Source: Candidatus Kaiserbacteria bacterium (GTDB lineage Bacteria; Patescibacteriota; Minisyncoccia; Phycocordibacterales; Phycocordibacteraceae). Taken from it: DNA of 64,000 nt. Shown piece by piece: positions 39,087-48,687 of this stretch; position 1 is the first letter of the stretch; each line of letters starts with the position of its first letter. The position numbers and the translations under genes were made by a program. The DNA lies in assembly GCA_029288835.1 (NCBI GenBank), contig JARIGN010000032.1, positions 15,090-79,089 of the forward strand, written 5' to 3'. The notes under the pieces were generated by a model. The model made no database searches. It was not told the DNA's origin and saw only the letters and a list, made by a program, of their open reading frames with translations.

Positions 39087-39455
39087 ATGGCAGAAACCAC
39101 TACAAAAAAAGCACCGGCAAAGAAGGCAGCTTCTAAGGAAGCGGCTGCTGAGCCAAAGCTACGCATTCGCGTGCGCGCATATGAGCATAAGATCCTCGAT
39201 CTCTCCGTAAAGCAGATCATGGATACAGCAAATCGCTTTGATGCAAAGATTGTTGGCCCGGTACCGCTTCCTACCGAAATCAAGCGCTGGACCGTGAACC
39301 GCTCCACCTTCATCGACAAGGACTCACGCGAGCAGTTCGAAATGCGCATCCACAAGCGCCTCATCGACATCATGAGCCCATCCGGCAAGGTTATCGAAGC
39401 TCTCACGAACCTCAACCTTCCTTCTGGCGTCACGATCGACGTGAAGATGGTCTAA
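39087..39455 (+). CDS. rpsJ: 30S ribosomal protein S10 with a Lys/Ala-rich N-terminal extension
   Basis: GPVPLPT, DKDSREQFEMRIHKRLIDI. Confidence 0.98.
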   Translation: MAETTTKKAPAKKAASKEAAAEPKLRIRVRAYEHKILDLSVKQIMDTANRFDAKIVGPVPLPTEIKRWTVNRSTFIDKDSREQFEMRIHKRLIDIMSPSGKVIEALTNLNLPSGVTIDVKMV

Positions 39456-39545
39456 GAAGATTCAAAATTAAGAAACAAAAACCGCCCGAGAGGGTGTTTT
39501 TTGTTTTCTTGACATATATTCACAATACCGTATTATGCGAACACT

Positions 39546-39911
39546 ATGAAAAGCGCACCAAAAACGTTTATCGCCACAGGATTCGTTCTAGGAATACTCG
39601 TCCTAGGTACTTCTCCTGTGCATGCGCAAGTCGCTACTCAGGACCAGCTTTCTGGCTCTGACGCGTCCTTATCTTCCGCCCAGGTCACGAGTATGGCCTC
39701 AAGTCTTCAGCCAATTATTGCCCAGATTCAGTCTTCTCTCACCGCAGATCAGGATGCAGGGATAGATACGAGCTACATTGAGGCTACGCTTTCAGACATT
39801 TCGGACACTATAACAGACGCTACCGCTACCACAGACACCCAGACAGCCTCGGACGATCTTCAGAAAGTTCTCAGTGATCTCACAGCAATTCTCCAAATAG
39901 AAGTTTCCTAA
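39546..39911 (+). CDS. Secreted acidic hypothetical protein
   Basis: Signal peptide ending VHA; Asp/Thr/Ser-rich helical body. Confidence 0.65.
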   Translation: MKSAPKTFIATGFVLGILVLGTSPVHAQVATQDQLSGSDASLSSAQVTSMASSLQPIIAQIQSSLTADQDAGIDTSYIEATLSDISDTITDATATTDTQTASDDLQKVLSDLTAILQIEVS

Positions 39912-39966
39912 GCCGTTTCCCCTTCATATTTCTTTATTTTCCTGAAGAGTGTGGGAGACTTGAGGT

Positions 39967-42462
39967 ATGAGTCGTGGTTCTCAGCGGATTATCTTTTCCC
40001 TTTTTGCAGCACTAGTTTTTAGTATCCCCGCACTTCCTGTTCACGCTGCCATGTTCTCGAGCTATATGGGACTAGGCTCAGCAGGGCAGCAGGTCACTAA
40101 CCTTCAGACTATTCTTATCGACGAAGGCTATCTCCACGCAACCGCCACCGGTTATTTTGGTTCGCAAACTCAGAAAGCGCTCGGTGCCTTTCAGGCAGCT
40201 AATGGCCTGAGCGCAACGGGATATGTTGGCCCTCAAACTCTATCGCTCCTAAATCAAAAAAGTCTTGTGATTTTTCCCGCTGGCTCTTCTGCAACTCGGC
40301 CGCCAGCCGCTTCTGCTCCTTCTTCGTCAAATACCACGGGGAACGCCACCTTAATAGCTACCCTTAAGGCAGAACTCGCTCTTTTAGAATCGGAGCTCGC
40401 TCTGCTGCTGAAAGGATCTGCAAGTGGAGTGGTAAGCACTGGAAGTAGTGGGGGAGGCGGCGGAAGTGTTAGCACTACCATAGCACCTGTTGTTTCGAAT
40501 GGGGGTGGAGGTGGTGGAAGTAGTAGTGGTTCATCTTCTGCGCCGGTCACGCCCGCACCAACGCTCACTATTTCCCTTAATCCTGCTACGGTATCAAGTG
40601 GCGGCTCCTCTACGCTCACTTGGTCAACGACGAATGCCTCAGCTTGTACGGGCGTTAGTGGTCTCACTGGATCACAACAAACTTCTGGCTCCCAAACACT
40701 GAGTAACCTTACGCAGGGCGGTACCTACACGCTCACCTGCACCGGGGATGGCGGCTCGGTTACCCAATCCGCAACACTGACGGTTACGGCACCGCCCGCT
40801 CCTCCTTCACCACCCTCTACGTTCCGTACTTTTTCGGTATATAGCGGCTGCGCCGTGCCCTCAACTTCTGCAGGAACAGCTTTTTACGTCGATGCGGTAA
40901 ATGGAAATGACTCAACCGGTGATGGTTCGCAGGCGCATCCTTGGAAAACTCTGCAGACGGTTATAAATACTAAAGTAGCTACTAATCAGTACCGAAACGG
41001 TACGGTTAGTGCTGTGCATACCAGTGGCCCAATTCACCCAGGAGATACTATTTACTTGGAAAATGGAAATTATGGTGATCTTTCTATCCAAGGGTTAGAA
41101 AATTCTGATTTCATTACCATTGCTAGCGCACCGGGCACTTCTCCGGTGCTCACGTACCTGGGTGTAACCGGAGCAAAATGGATTTTTGAAAATCTTACTA
41201 TAGAAAATACCAAGACCTCAGCCTATAACACACTTGTTCTGCTGCAAGACAACGCTACCTTCGGCGGGAACAATAACATCATCTTTGATCGCGACACGGT
41301 GACCTCTGACCCAACCGCCCTTACCACCTGGAGCCTTTCTGATTGGCAGACTAAAGCTTCCTATCGCGGCATATTGCTTGATAAAGGAGACCCAAGCAGC
41401 ACCTCAAACTGTATTGCGGTTACTAATTCTGTAGTTTCAATGGTAGCGAATGCGGTGAATATTGGTATTGATAAGACGCTCTTTGATCACAATACGATCG
41501 ACGGATTTGGTGACGATGGCTTGGATTATGACTCAAATAACGTAACGATTACCCATAACCTCGTCACTGATAGCGAGGACCTTGGCGATGGAAACCATAA
41601 TGATGGCATGCAAGGGCAGGTTGGGCGCATCAGTGGCACTTCAACGACCTATTCAAACATCATTATTGACAATAATTTCGTGGCACGCCAAACGAACCCA
41701 AACCTTCCTGCACTTGGAGGCTATGAAAGCAGCTTCCAGGGTATCGATGCCTTTGATGAGGATTGGAATAATCTAGAAGTAGAAAATAACGTCGTACTCA
41801 CAAACCTTTGGAATGGTCTCGCCTTTAGTAGTGTGCATGGTGGCACCTTTGCCCATAACACGGTCCTCAATGATGGCACTATTGGCGGAAATGATGCTGT
41901 AGGGGGAAACCCAGACAATTATCAAACACGGTTAGTTATCGGTGCAACGACGCACCAGGGTGCAACCACTACCAATGTTACTGTGCAAGACAATATTGCT
42001 GACCAGATGATCGTCAATACCACCGGCATCACTCTTCAGAATAATTTGATTTTGAATTATTTGGATTACATTTCCACTAGCGGAGTTGAGGCTGTGGTAA
42101 ACAATAAAAACGGTAGCTATGGCACTAATAACGTCATGGATTCAGCAATGCATACCTATCTAACAGGCTTCGCGCCGCTTAGCGCAAGCTATACCGTACT
42201 TCCGCGTAGCGGAACACCTGCTGCGGGTCTTGGAGCGTCACTCTCACTTTCTGATGTAGGTGGCACGGGCGCGAACAGCGCAAATGCGTATGCATTTGCG
42301 CGTCCTGGTACCGCATCCACGAAAGTCGGTACTGGTTTGCTAAGCCAGCTTGCGAGTGCTGCTGGTAGTGGTGTGTCGGTCGGCTTCATTAATTTCTTTA
42401 GTCACCTCTGGGTAGCTATTCTTACCTTCTTCGCCTCACTATTCTCCTGGGTTAGGTTGTAG
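39967..42462 (+). CDS. Exported protein with a peptidoglycan-binding domain, an Ig-like module and a right-handed beta-helix
   Basis: PG_binding_1 pattern (V..LQ..L...GY...TGYFG..T..AL..FQ..NGL...G.VGP.T); FYVDAVNGNDSTGDGS..HPWKT; Asn-rich beta-helix repeats; C-terminal hydrophobic tail. Confidence 0.82.
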   Translation: MSRGSQRIIFSLFAALVFSIPALPVHAAMFSSYMGLGSAGQQVTNLQTILIDEGYLHATATGYFGSQTQKALGAFQAANGLSATGYVGPQTLSLLNQKSLVIFPAGSSATRPPAASAPSSSNTTGNATLIATLKAELALLESELALLLKGSASGVVSTGSSGGGGGSVSTTIAPVVSNGGGGGGSSSGSSSAPVTPAPTLTISLNPATVSSGGSSTLTWSTTNASACTGVSGLTGSQQTSGSQTLSNLTQGGTYTLTCTGDGGSVTQSATLTVTAPPAPPSPPSTFRTFSVYSGCAVPSTSAGTAFYVDAVNGNDSTGDGSQAHPWKTLQTVINTKVATNQYRNGTVSAVHTSGPIHPGDTIYLENGNYGDLSIQGLENSDFITIASAPGTSPVLTYLGVTGAKWIFENLTIENTKTSAYNTLVLLQDNATFGGNNNIIFDRDTVTSDPTALTTWSLSDWQTKASYRGILLDKGDPSSTSNCIAVTNSVVSMVANAVNIGIDKTLFDHNTIDGFGDDGLDYDSNNVTITHNLVTDSEDLGDGNHNDGMQGQVGRISGTSTTYSNIIIDNNFVARQTNPNLPALGGYESSFQGIDAFDEDWNNLEVENNVVLTNLWNGLAFSSVHGGTFAHNTVLNDGTIGGNDAVGGNPDNYQTRLVIGATTHQGATTTNVTVQDNIADQMIVNTTGITLQNNLILNYLDYISTSGVEAVVNNKNGSYGTNNVMDSAMHTYLTGFAPLSASYTVLPRSGTPAAGLGASLSLSDVGGTGANSANAYAFARPGTASTKVGTGLLSQLASAAGSGVSVGFINFFSHLWVAILTFFASLFSWVRL

Positions 42463-43299
42463 AGCACGAATCTGCCGGCTAAAGTCACGTGGCGAAGTGG
42501 TAGCAAGCTGAAGAATCTCTGCTTTGTAGGGTTCAAGCGCTGCCGCTGCTTGCGTTTGTGCCACGGAATTATTTTTTTCAGAGATAAATCCTTGCTTCAT
42601 AAGGTATTTGTCAGAATAGCCGGTGAGATACCAGGACGGATCCCAAGGAAGCGTGTGCGGATAATGAGCATTAATGTTTTCAGCAAGTAAATTAGTGCAG
42701 TTAGCGGTTAGCGTATTGTAGAAGCGCGGTGAAGCTGCAAGCGTATTTGTTTCTTCAAGCATACTTATAAAAACATCTTTTTGCTGTTGGGGCGAAAGCG
42801 AAAGTTTAAAAAGATATACTGGGTGATCAAGATAGAGGAGACGACGGGTAATAAAATCGCGCTCGGTGCCCCATTGATAGGAAAGTTCATAGGAATTAAA
42901 GAGGCCCTGTACTGCAGAATACTGCTGCTCCCTAGTCATGCGGGCCTCGATGGAGAAGGAAAGTACTGTGCCGTCCTTAAACTCAAAAGAGAGAAACGTG
43001 TGACCGATAGCATTCCATGAAGCAAAAGGCTCAAGCAAAAACCATACGCTGGTGAGATCAGAGACGTTTTCTCGTGTAGAGGTCCAGTCTTTGGAAAGAA
43101 CCGTGGAGCTTCCATAGGTCCAGTCGCGAACGTTTGAAATGCTAACCGTACCGTCGGACGCAATAGTGGTGGTAGAGACGCGATCCTGATAGTCATTCCA
43201 GTCGAGGTTTGCCTGAGGCTTTTTGGTGTAAATAAGGAAAAGAGTAATGATGAGCACTATTGCAACGAGGCCGAGGGAGAGGGAGAGAAGTTTTCGCAT
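42439..43299 (-). CDS. DUF4105 / Lnb-like membrane-anchored protein
   Basis: NVRDW, GHTFLSFEF, SIEAR, FYNTLTANCTN. Confidence 0.8.
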   Translation of the reverse strand: MRKLLSLSLGLVAIVLIITLFLIYTKKPQANLDWNDYQDRVSTTTIASDGTVSISNVRDWTYGSSTVLSKDWTSTRENVSDLTSVWFLLEPFASWNAIGHTFLSFEFKDGTVLSFSIEARMTREQQYSAVQGLFNSYELSYQWGTERDFITRRLLYLDHPVYLFKLSLSPQQQKDVFISMLEETNTLAASPRFYNTLTANCTNLLAENINAHYPHTLPWDPSWYLTGYSDKYLMKQGFISEKNNSVAQTQAAAALEPYKAEILQLATTSPRDFSRQIRALQPNPGE

Positions 43300-43338
43300 C
43301 TGTATATTGTAGCCGATAGGGAGGGTTTTGCTGCAGAT

Positions 43339-43457
43339 TTGCATACAGAAAGCATATGGTGTACAGTGCATCCAACGCTACGTACGACTGACGGTCGGAC
43401 CAATGGTAGGAATCTCCCGGAGATTGCGCCATTGAGCGCATTTTTTCTTACCTATTT
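43339..43457 (+). promoter_or_regulatory. rplC promoter and structured 5' leader
   Basis: TTGCAT-17-TACAGT; leader helices CGAC/GTCG, CAATGG/CCATTG, AATCTC/GAGATT and CGCT/AGCG. Confidence 0.6.
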
Positions 43458-44096
43458 ATGAAATTCATCCTTGCCCGCAAAGGCCGCATGACCCAGATCT
43501 TCCAGGAGGATGGTCGTGTTCAGGCTGGAACCGTCCTCACGGCGGGTCCGGTTGTCGTAACCCAGGTAAAAACCCCGGAAACGGATGGCTATGCTGCGGT
43601 GCAGGTTGGTTTCAATCCCCAGAAGGCTGAGCGCGTAAATAAGGCTCAGCGTGCCGATAAAGGCTTTATGGTACTTAAGGAGTTTCGCGCAGAGGACCCA
43701 AGCGAGCTTGGTGATCTTTCCGTAGGAAGCCAGATCACCCTCGACACATTTGAGGTGGGTGATGGCGTGAATGTGGTTGGCACCAGCAAGGGTCGTGGCT
43801 TTGCAGGTGTCGTTAAGCGCCATGGTTTCCATGGTGGACGCCGCACGCACGGTCAGAAGCACTCAGAGCGCGAGCCAGGTTCTATCGGTGGTGGTGGACG
43901 CGCAGGTGGCCGTGTTGCGAAAGGTCTTCGCATGGGTGGCCGCATGGGTGGCGACCGAATCACCGTGAAGAACCTCAAGGTCCTTCACATTGATGCAGGC
44001 CGCGGTGAGATCATCGTTTCGGGCGCTATTCCTGGAGCACCAAACTCGCTCGTGGAGATCGTTTCAATGCCGAAGGCTCCTAATTCTAAGAAATAA
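43458..44096 (+). CDS. rplC: 50S ribosomal protein L3
   Basis: DGYAAVQVG, SKGRGFAGVVKRHGF. Confidence 0.98.
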   Translation: MKFILARKGRMTQIFQEDGRVQAGTVLTAGPVVVTQVKTPETDGYAAVQVGFNPQKAERVNKAQRADKGFMVLKEFRAEDPSELGDLSVGSQITLDTFEVGDGVNVVGTSKGRGFAGVVKRHGFHGGRRTHGQKHSEREPGSIGGGGRAGGRVAKGLRMGGRMGGDRITVKNLKVLHIDAGRGEIIVSGAIPGAPNSLVEIVSMPKAPNSKK

Positions 44097-44098
44097 GT

Positions 44099-44884
44099 AT
44101 GGCTACCTCACCTAAAACAACCGCAGCAAAGAAGGCTCCTGCAAAGGCAACGGCAAAGCGTGCGCCGGTAAAGAAGGCTCCTGTAACTGATTCAGCAGCT
44201 ATCTCACTTGAGGCAAAGATCTGGAGCGCAACCGGAGGCGAGGCAGGCACTATCACGCTCCCTGCAGAGCTCTTTGGTATGCCTTGGAATGCAGACCTCG
44301 TACACCAGGTCTATACTGGCATGCGCGCAAACGCTCGCCCAACCGTCGCAAACACTAAGTTCCGCGGTGAAGTATCCGGCGGTGGAAAGAAGCCTTGGAA
44401 GCAGAAGGGAACTGGCCGTGCTCGTCATGGTTCAACCCGCTCTCCAATCTGGCGCCATGGTGGTATCACCCATGGTCCTCGTGCAGAGCGTGACTATTCC
44501 GTAAAGATCAACAAGAAGATGCGTGTTGCGGCTCTCGTCTCGGTACTTTCAAAGAAGATGCGCGATGGCGAGGTGATCTTCGTCGACAAGCTTTCTTTCG
44601 CAGAGCCAAAGACCCGTGAGGCAAAAGCAACGCTCGTAGCGCTCGCAAACGCAGCAGGCGCTCCAAGCCTTGCAACCAAGCGCGCAAACGCAGCGGTGGT
44701 GGCGTTCTCCCAGAAGGACACGGTAGCAGAGAAATCATTCCGTAACATCGGCAGCGTTATTTCTGAAGAGGTGCGCAACCTTAACACCGTGGACCTTCTC
44801 GATAAGAAGTTCCTCGTGATTGAGAATCCTGCAGCAGCGGTCGAGGTGCTTAAGAGCCGTCTTAACAAAGGCGCAGCCGCATAA
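44099..44884 (+). CDS. rplD: 50S ribosomal protein L4
   Basis: RGEVSGGGKKPWKQKGTGRARHGS. Confidence 0.98.
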   Translation: MATSPKTTAAKKAPAKATAKRAPVKKAPVTDSAAISLEAKIWSATGGEAGTITLPAELFGMPWNADLVHQVYTGMRANARPTVANTKFRGEVSGGGKKPWKQKGTGRARHGSTRSPIWRHGGITHGPRAERDYSVKINKKMRVAALVSVLSKKMRDGEVIFVDKLSFAEPKTREAKATLVALANAAGAPSLATKRANAAVVAFSQKDTVAEKSFRNIGSVISEEVRNLNTVDLLDKKFLVIENPAAAVEVLKSRLNKGAAA

Positions 44885-44895
44885 CCAAAACGCAT

Positions 44896-45273
44896 ATGGC
44901 ACTTTTTTCTAACGACAAACCAAAAGCAGCAGTAAAGTCTTCAACAAAGTCAGCTTCAAGCAAGAAGCCTGCAGCCAAGAAGCGCGTAGACGGTCGCGAG
45001 CACCTTATCATCAAGGCGCCATGGCTTTCTGAGAAAGCGCTCATCGGCACTGAGAACGGCGTGTATGTCTTTGAAGTTCCTGCACGCGCTACCAAGCCCG
45101 AGATCGCAGAAGCTATCGAAGCTATCTATAAGGTAACGCCTCGCCAGGTGCGCGTCGTAAACCTTCCGGCAAAGCGCAAGGCGCTTCGCACCCGCCGCGG
45201 CTTCGGTACCCGTGCTGCTCGCCACAAGGCCTATGTATACCTTAAGAAAGGCGAGACCATCCAGTTTGCATAG
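44896..45273 (+). CDS. rplW: 50S ribosomal protein L23
   Basis: P..SEKA, YVFEV, KAYVYLKKG; position in the cluster. Confidence 0.95.
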   Translation: MALFSNDKPKAAVKSSTKSASSKKPAAKKRVDGREHLIIKAPWLSEKALIGTENGVYVFEVPARATKPEIAEAIEAIYKVTPRQVRVVNLPAKRKALRTRRGFGTRAARHKAYVYLKKGETIQFA

Positions 45274-45297
45274 TGCAAGCCTGCTAATTACAAACGT

Positions 45298-46140
45298 ATG
45301 AAAACCTACAAACCAACTTCAAAAAGCCGACGACAGATGACCACCGTGACGTATCGCGGCGTGCTTTCTGGCGACAAGCCAATGAAGAGCCTCCTTCGTA
45401 CCAAGAAGAACCAGGCTGGCCGCAACAACCAGGGTCGCATCACGACGCGTCACCAGGGAGGTGGCCACAAGAAGCGCCTTCGCGATGTTGATTTCGCATA
45501 CAACAAGAAGAACATTCCTGCGAAAGTGGAGACCATCGAGTATGATCCATACCGCACCGGTTTCATCGCGCGCGTGGTGTACGCTGATGGTGAGCGCCGC
45601 TATGTGCTCGCTACGAAGGAAATGAAGGTTGGTGATACGTTCATCGTCGGTGAAGATGCTCCAATTAAGACCGGCAACCGCATGCCGCTCGGCAAGATTC
45701 CTTCCGGAACCTTTATCTACAACATTGAGCTTAAGCTCGGTGCAGGTGCTCGCCTTGCGCGCTCTGCGGGAAACTATGCAGAAGTGGTCGCGCATGACGC
45801 TGGCTACGCGCAGATCAAGCTTCCTTCAAGCGAAATCCGCCGTGTCTCAGAGCTCTGCTACGCCTCTATTGGTGCGGTGAGCAACGAAGAGCAGCGCCTC
45901 GTAAACTATGGAAAGGCAGGTCGCTCACGCTGGAAGGGTATTCGCCCAACCGTGCGTGGTACCGCTATGAACCCGGTTGATCACCCACACGGCGGTGGTG
46001 AGGGTCGCCAGGGCAGAGGGCTGCGCCGTGCTAAGAGCATGTGGGGCAAGCCAACCGGCAAGGGCCAGAAGACACGCACGCCGAAGAAGTACTCGAATGT
46101 GTTCATCGTTTCTCGAAGGAAGGTGGGCAAGAAGCGCTAG
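45298..46140 (+). CDS. rplB: 50S ribosomal protein L2
   Basis: GRNNQGRIT, RGTAMNPVDHPHGGGEG. Confidence 0.99.
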   Translation: MKTYKPTSKSRRQMTTVTYRGVLSGDKPMKSLLRTKKNQAGRNNQGRITTRHQGGGHKKRLRDVDFAYNKKNIPAKVETIEYDPYRTGFIARVVYADGERRYVLATKEMKVGDTFIVGEDAPIKTGNRMPLGKIPSGTFIYNIELKLGAGARLARSAGNYAEVVAHDAGYAQIKLPSSEIRRVSELCYASIGAVSNEEQRLVNYGKAGRSRWKGIRPTVRGTAMNPVDHPHGGGEGRQGRGLRRAKSMWGKPTGKGQKTRTPKKYSNVFIVSRRKVGKKR

Positions 46141-46180
46141 TCAGAAAAGCAAACAAGTTGCGCAAGAAAGCAAAAAGAAA

Positions 46181-46209
46181 GAGCCTGGTCTCATACTGAG
46201 ACCAGGCTC
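46181..46209. terminator. Hairpin overlapping the stop codon of the patatin-like gene
   Basis: GAGCCTGGTCTCA-tac-TGAGACCAGGCTC; U-tract on the minus strand. Confidence 0.75.
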
Positions 46210-47135
46210 GCGGCTTGCGCCAACTCCCCTTCAAGGTGCTCCTCCGCTTCGCGCGCTGCCGCACACAAGACGTCGGGGTTCTGCTCGAATGGATCAAGAG
46301 CGGTTTCCGTGTCGCTCCAGAGTATCGCGTAGTTGCAGGGATGAGTCTCCCGCAGCCACGTGAGCTCCTCGGCAAACGTCTCTTCATATCTCCCAAAAGC
46401 AGCCTGAACCGCTTCCGGGTATTCAGAGGCACGTCTGCGCGCGACCTTGGCTCTCGTTTCAGCTCGTGGCCCGAGCGGCAGCTCAGGTTCAGGCCCGTTC
46501 GGCAGGATCAAGACGTCAGTCGGATCGAACTCCTCTATTACTTTACGTATCGGAAAGGGAAACGCTCCCATGCCGTCGAGGCAGGGCCTGTCGCCAACGC
46601 GAACCGGCGCACCGACGCTTTTCGGGACTGCGATAGAGGCGTGGACGGCCTGGATCATGTCTGGCAAGGCGTCCTTAACATCTATAAACACCCCTTTGCC
46701 CGTGACTGCATCGGTTAGCCCGGCGATTATCCGAGTCCGCGAATTGAGTACCCGCTGCTGATGCAGTGCCTTCAATCCAATCTCGCCGCGTAAGACCGAT
46801 GCAACAAAGCTCGAACTCATGCGCTTCGAGGGATCGATGAAGTGTTCAGTCGTGCAGTCCTCGCAATAGATACTGAGCACCGTTCTCGATTGGTTTGCGA
46901 CAAGATACAACTGAGGCGGCAAGCCGGTAGAGATACCAACTGCGGTGTCGAACACCTGCGAAAGCCCAGCGTCCTCCAGAGCGCACGATTGTGCTGCTCC
47001 ATACACGCCCCCCATCAGTCCTGAAAGACCGAGCAAGAGGGTTCTGAATGATTTGTGTCGGTCATCGCCTGCCCGAAGCAAGCGACCTTTTTCGATTAGG
47101 TGAGGAATGACCTCACCGTGTCTTTCAATGTGCAT
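46191..47135 (-). CDS. Patatin-like phospholipase family protein
   Basis: Gly-rich GLMGGVYG, nucleophile GISTG, ASIAVP, DG motif (CLDGMG); SD GAGGTG. Confidence 0.75.
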   Translation of the reverse strand: MHIERHGEVIPHLIEKGRLLRAGDDRHKSFRTLLLGLSGLMGGVYGAAQSCALEDAGLSQVFDTAVGISTGLPPQLYLVANQSRTVLSIYCEDCTTEHFIDPSKRMSSSFVASVLRGEIGLKALHQQRVLNSRTRIIAGLTDAVTGKGVFIDVKDALPDMIQAVHASIAVPKSVGAPVRVGDRPCLDGMGAFPFPIRKVIEEFDPTDVLILPNGPEPELPLGPRAETRAKVARRRASEYPEAVQAAFGRYEETFAEELTWLRETHPCNYAILWSDTETALDPFEQNPDVLCAAAREAEEHLEGELAQAASLVSV

Positions 47136-47269
47136 GGGTCACACCTCTTGTGCTGAGCAAAGTCTACACTATTTATGTATCAAGCATAGTAAGCAAATAG
47201 GAAGATTATTTCTTATCCCCACAGATTGATTACAGACGCTCACATCGTGCTTAAATGAATCTATAAATT

Positions 47270-48130
47270 ATGTCTAATTCAAATAGTGCTGACTATAACG
47301 ATTTCGGTCGATGCATGATGACTGCATGGAAAAAGAATATCGTCTACACACTTGCGATAGTAATCTTGCCGATCTTAGGTATAACTCTAGCCTATAATTT
47401 GTTGGCAGTGTTTTTCTACTCGGATTATTTAATTATCTTCCGAGACATGTTCCTCTTCTGGAGTCTCTTATTTTATATATTTTTCTTACATGCTTGGTAC
47501 CGGCACGTTCAAACTATTGCAGAAAACCTCCTATACACACAAATAGCTTCTGAGATCTCTTATTCATATAAAGAATATGACGGCATTCAAGGTAACAGCC
47601 AGTTATATAGTATGGGGACGCCAAATTATCTCATGAATGTGCTTTACGCTACTCATAAGGATGTACCTGTACGTATTGGAAATTTTTCATACTCTGGCGG
47701 AGGAAGATATTCACTCCCCAATTTTACACGCTACATTTTTGCTGATATGGAGGTTAATGCATCGTTCCCGCATATCGTGTGCATACCTCGGAAATGGACT
47801 AGCATAGGATCTTCGATCATATGGAACCCTATCGGAAATAAAGAATTGCATCTGGAGGGAGATTTTAACTCAAAATTTTTTGTGTCTGCACCAGAAGGGA
47901 AAGAAATTGAAAGTCTGCAAGTCCTGGAGCCAAACGTTATGGAAAGCCTCATGGTTGGGTTTGAAGAGTATGGATTCGAGATACATGGGAAATATGTGTT
48001 CTTGTTCACGCATGGCGTAATGAGTAAGAACCCAAATGGAATAATTAGGCTCCATGAATTTATCGAACGATTTTGCGATCTCATGCTTCCTGAACTGCAG
48101 AAGTTTTCCACAGACTTCAGGAAGATTTGA
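47270..48130 (+). CDS. Membrane hypothetical protein
   Basis: Two N-terminal TMs; LEGDFNSKFFV...LQVLEPNVM; AT-rich; start uncertain. Confidence 0.7.
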   Translation: MSNSNSADYNDFGRCMMTAWKKNIVYTLAIVILPILGITLAYNLLAVFFYSDYLIIFRDMFLFWSLLFYIFFLHAWYRHVQTIAENLLYTQIASEISYSYKEYDGIQGNSQLYSMGTPNYLMNVLYATHKDVPVRIGNFSYSGGGRYSLPNFTRYIFADMEVNASFPHIVCIPRKWTSIGSSIIWNPIGNKELHLEGDFNSKFFVSAPEGKEIESLQVLEPNVMESLMVGFEEYGFEIHGKYVFLFTHGVMSKNPNGIIRLHEFIERFCDLMLPELQKFSTDFRKI

Positions 48131-48198
48131 TAAAAAACTCATAAATTCTTTAGGTGAATATGCTAGATTTCAGTGATTACCACTAGTACTTTCACACC

Positions 48199-48651
48199 AT
48201 GACCAACAAACACAGCACCGTTACCAAAGAAGTGAGCACAAACGCAAAAGTTCGCGCGACCAAGGCGAAAGCGAAGGAAAGTACTGGTACAAAAAAGTCT
48301 CCGGCTCCTGAAGATGGTCATGTAGGGCTCATTCGCTCAAATTCTTTATACGAATCCCTTGCCGCGGAGCAGCGGGAGCACATCTTTGAGCATATTCGTT
48401 TCCTGGAAGAAAAGGTAGCTGAGCTTGAGCAGCGGGCGATGGTCATCGAGGAGCGTCTGGACCAAATAGAGTCCTTTTTTATCGATATGGCCACGGCAGA
48501 GGCTGAAATGGAGCTAGCTGAGACGGGAACGGTGGCGGAAATAGAGGAAAATGAGGAGGATGAAGATGAAGAAGAGGAGGATGAGGGGTCCAATGAGCCC
48601 GAAGAGGACCAATTTGGCCAAAAGTTTGACACTTCCTCGTATTTCGTATAG
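48199..48651 (+). CDS. Hypothetical protein with a basic N-terminus, coiled coil and acidic tail
   Basis: Composition only; the 3' end contains the rpsS promoter. Confidence 0.6.
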   Translation: MTNKHSTVTKEVSTNAKVRATKAKAKESTGTKKSPAPEDGHVGLIRSNSLYESLAAEQREHIFEHIRFLEEKVAELEQRAMVIEERLDQIESFFIDMATAEAEMELAETGTVAEIEENEEDEDEEEEDEGSNEPEEDQFGQKFDTSSYFV

Positions 48652-48654
48652 ATT
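48626..48654 (+). promoter_or_regulatory. rpsS promoter
   Basis: TTGACA-17-TAGATT followed by a CCCGCG/CGCGGG hairpin. Confidence 0.65.
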
Positions 48655-48687
48655 TTATCTATCCCGCGACGCGGGCTTTTGCTTCAC

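Noticed and set aside
40441-40540. Gly/Ser low-complexity repeats, also near 14150-14210 and 37020-37105
   Set aside because: Ordinary protein linker coding, not DNA repeat elements.
47210-47225. DnaA-box-like TTATCCCCACA suggesting an origin
   Set aside because: A single imperfect box with no cluster and no dnaA/dnaN nearby.
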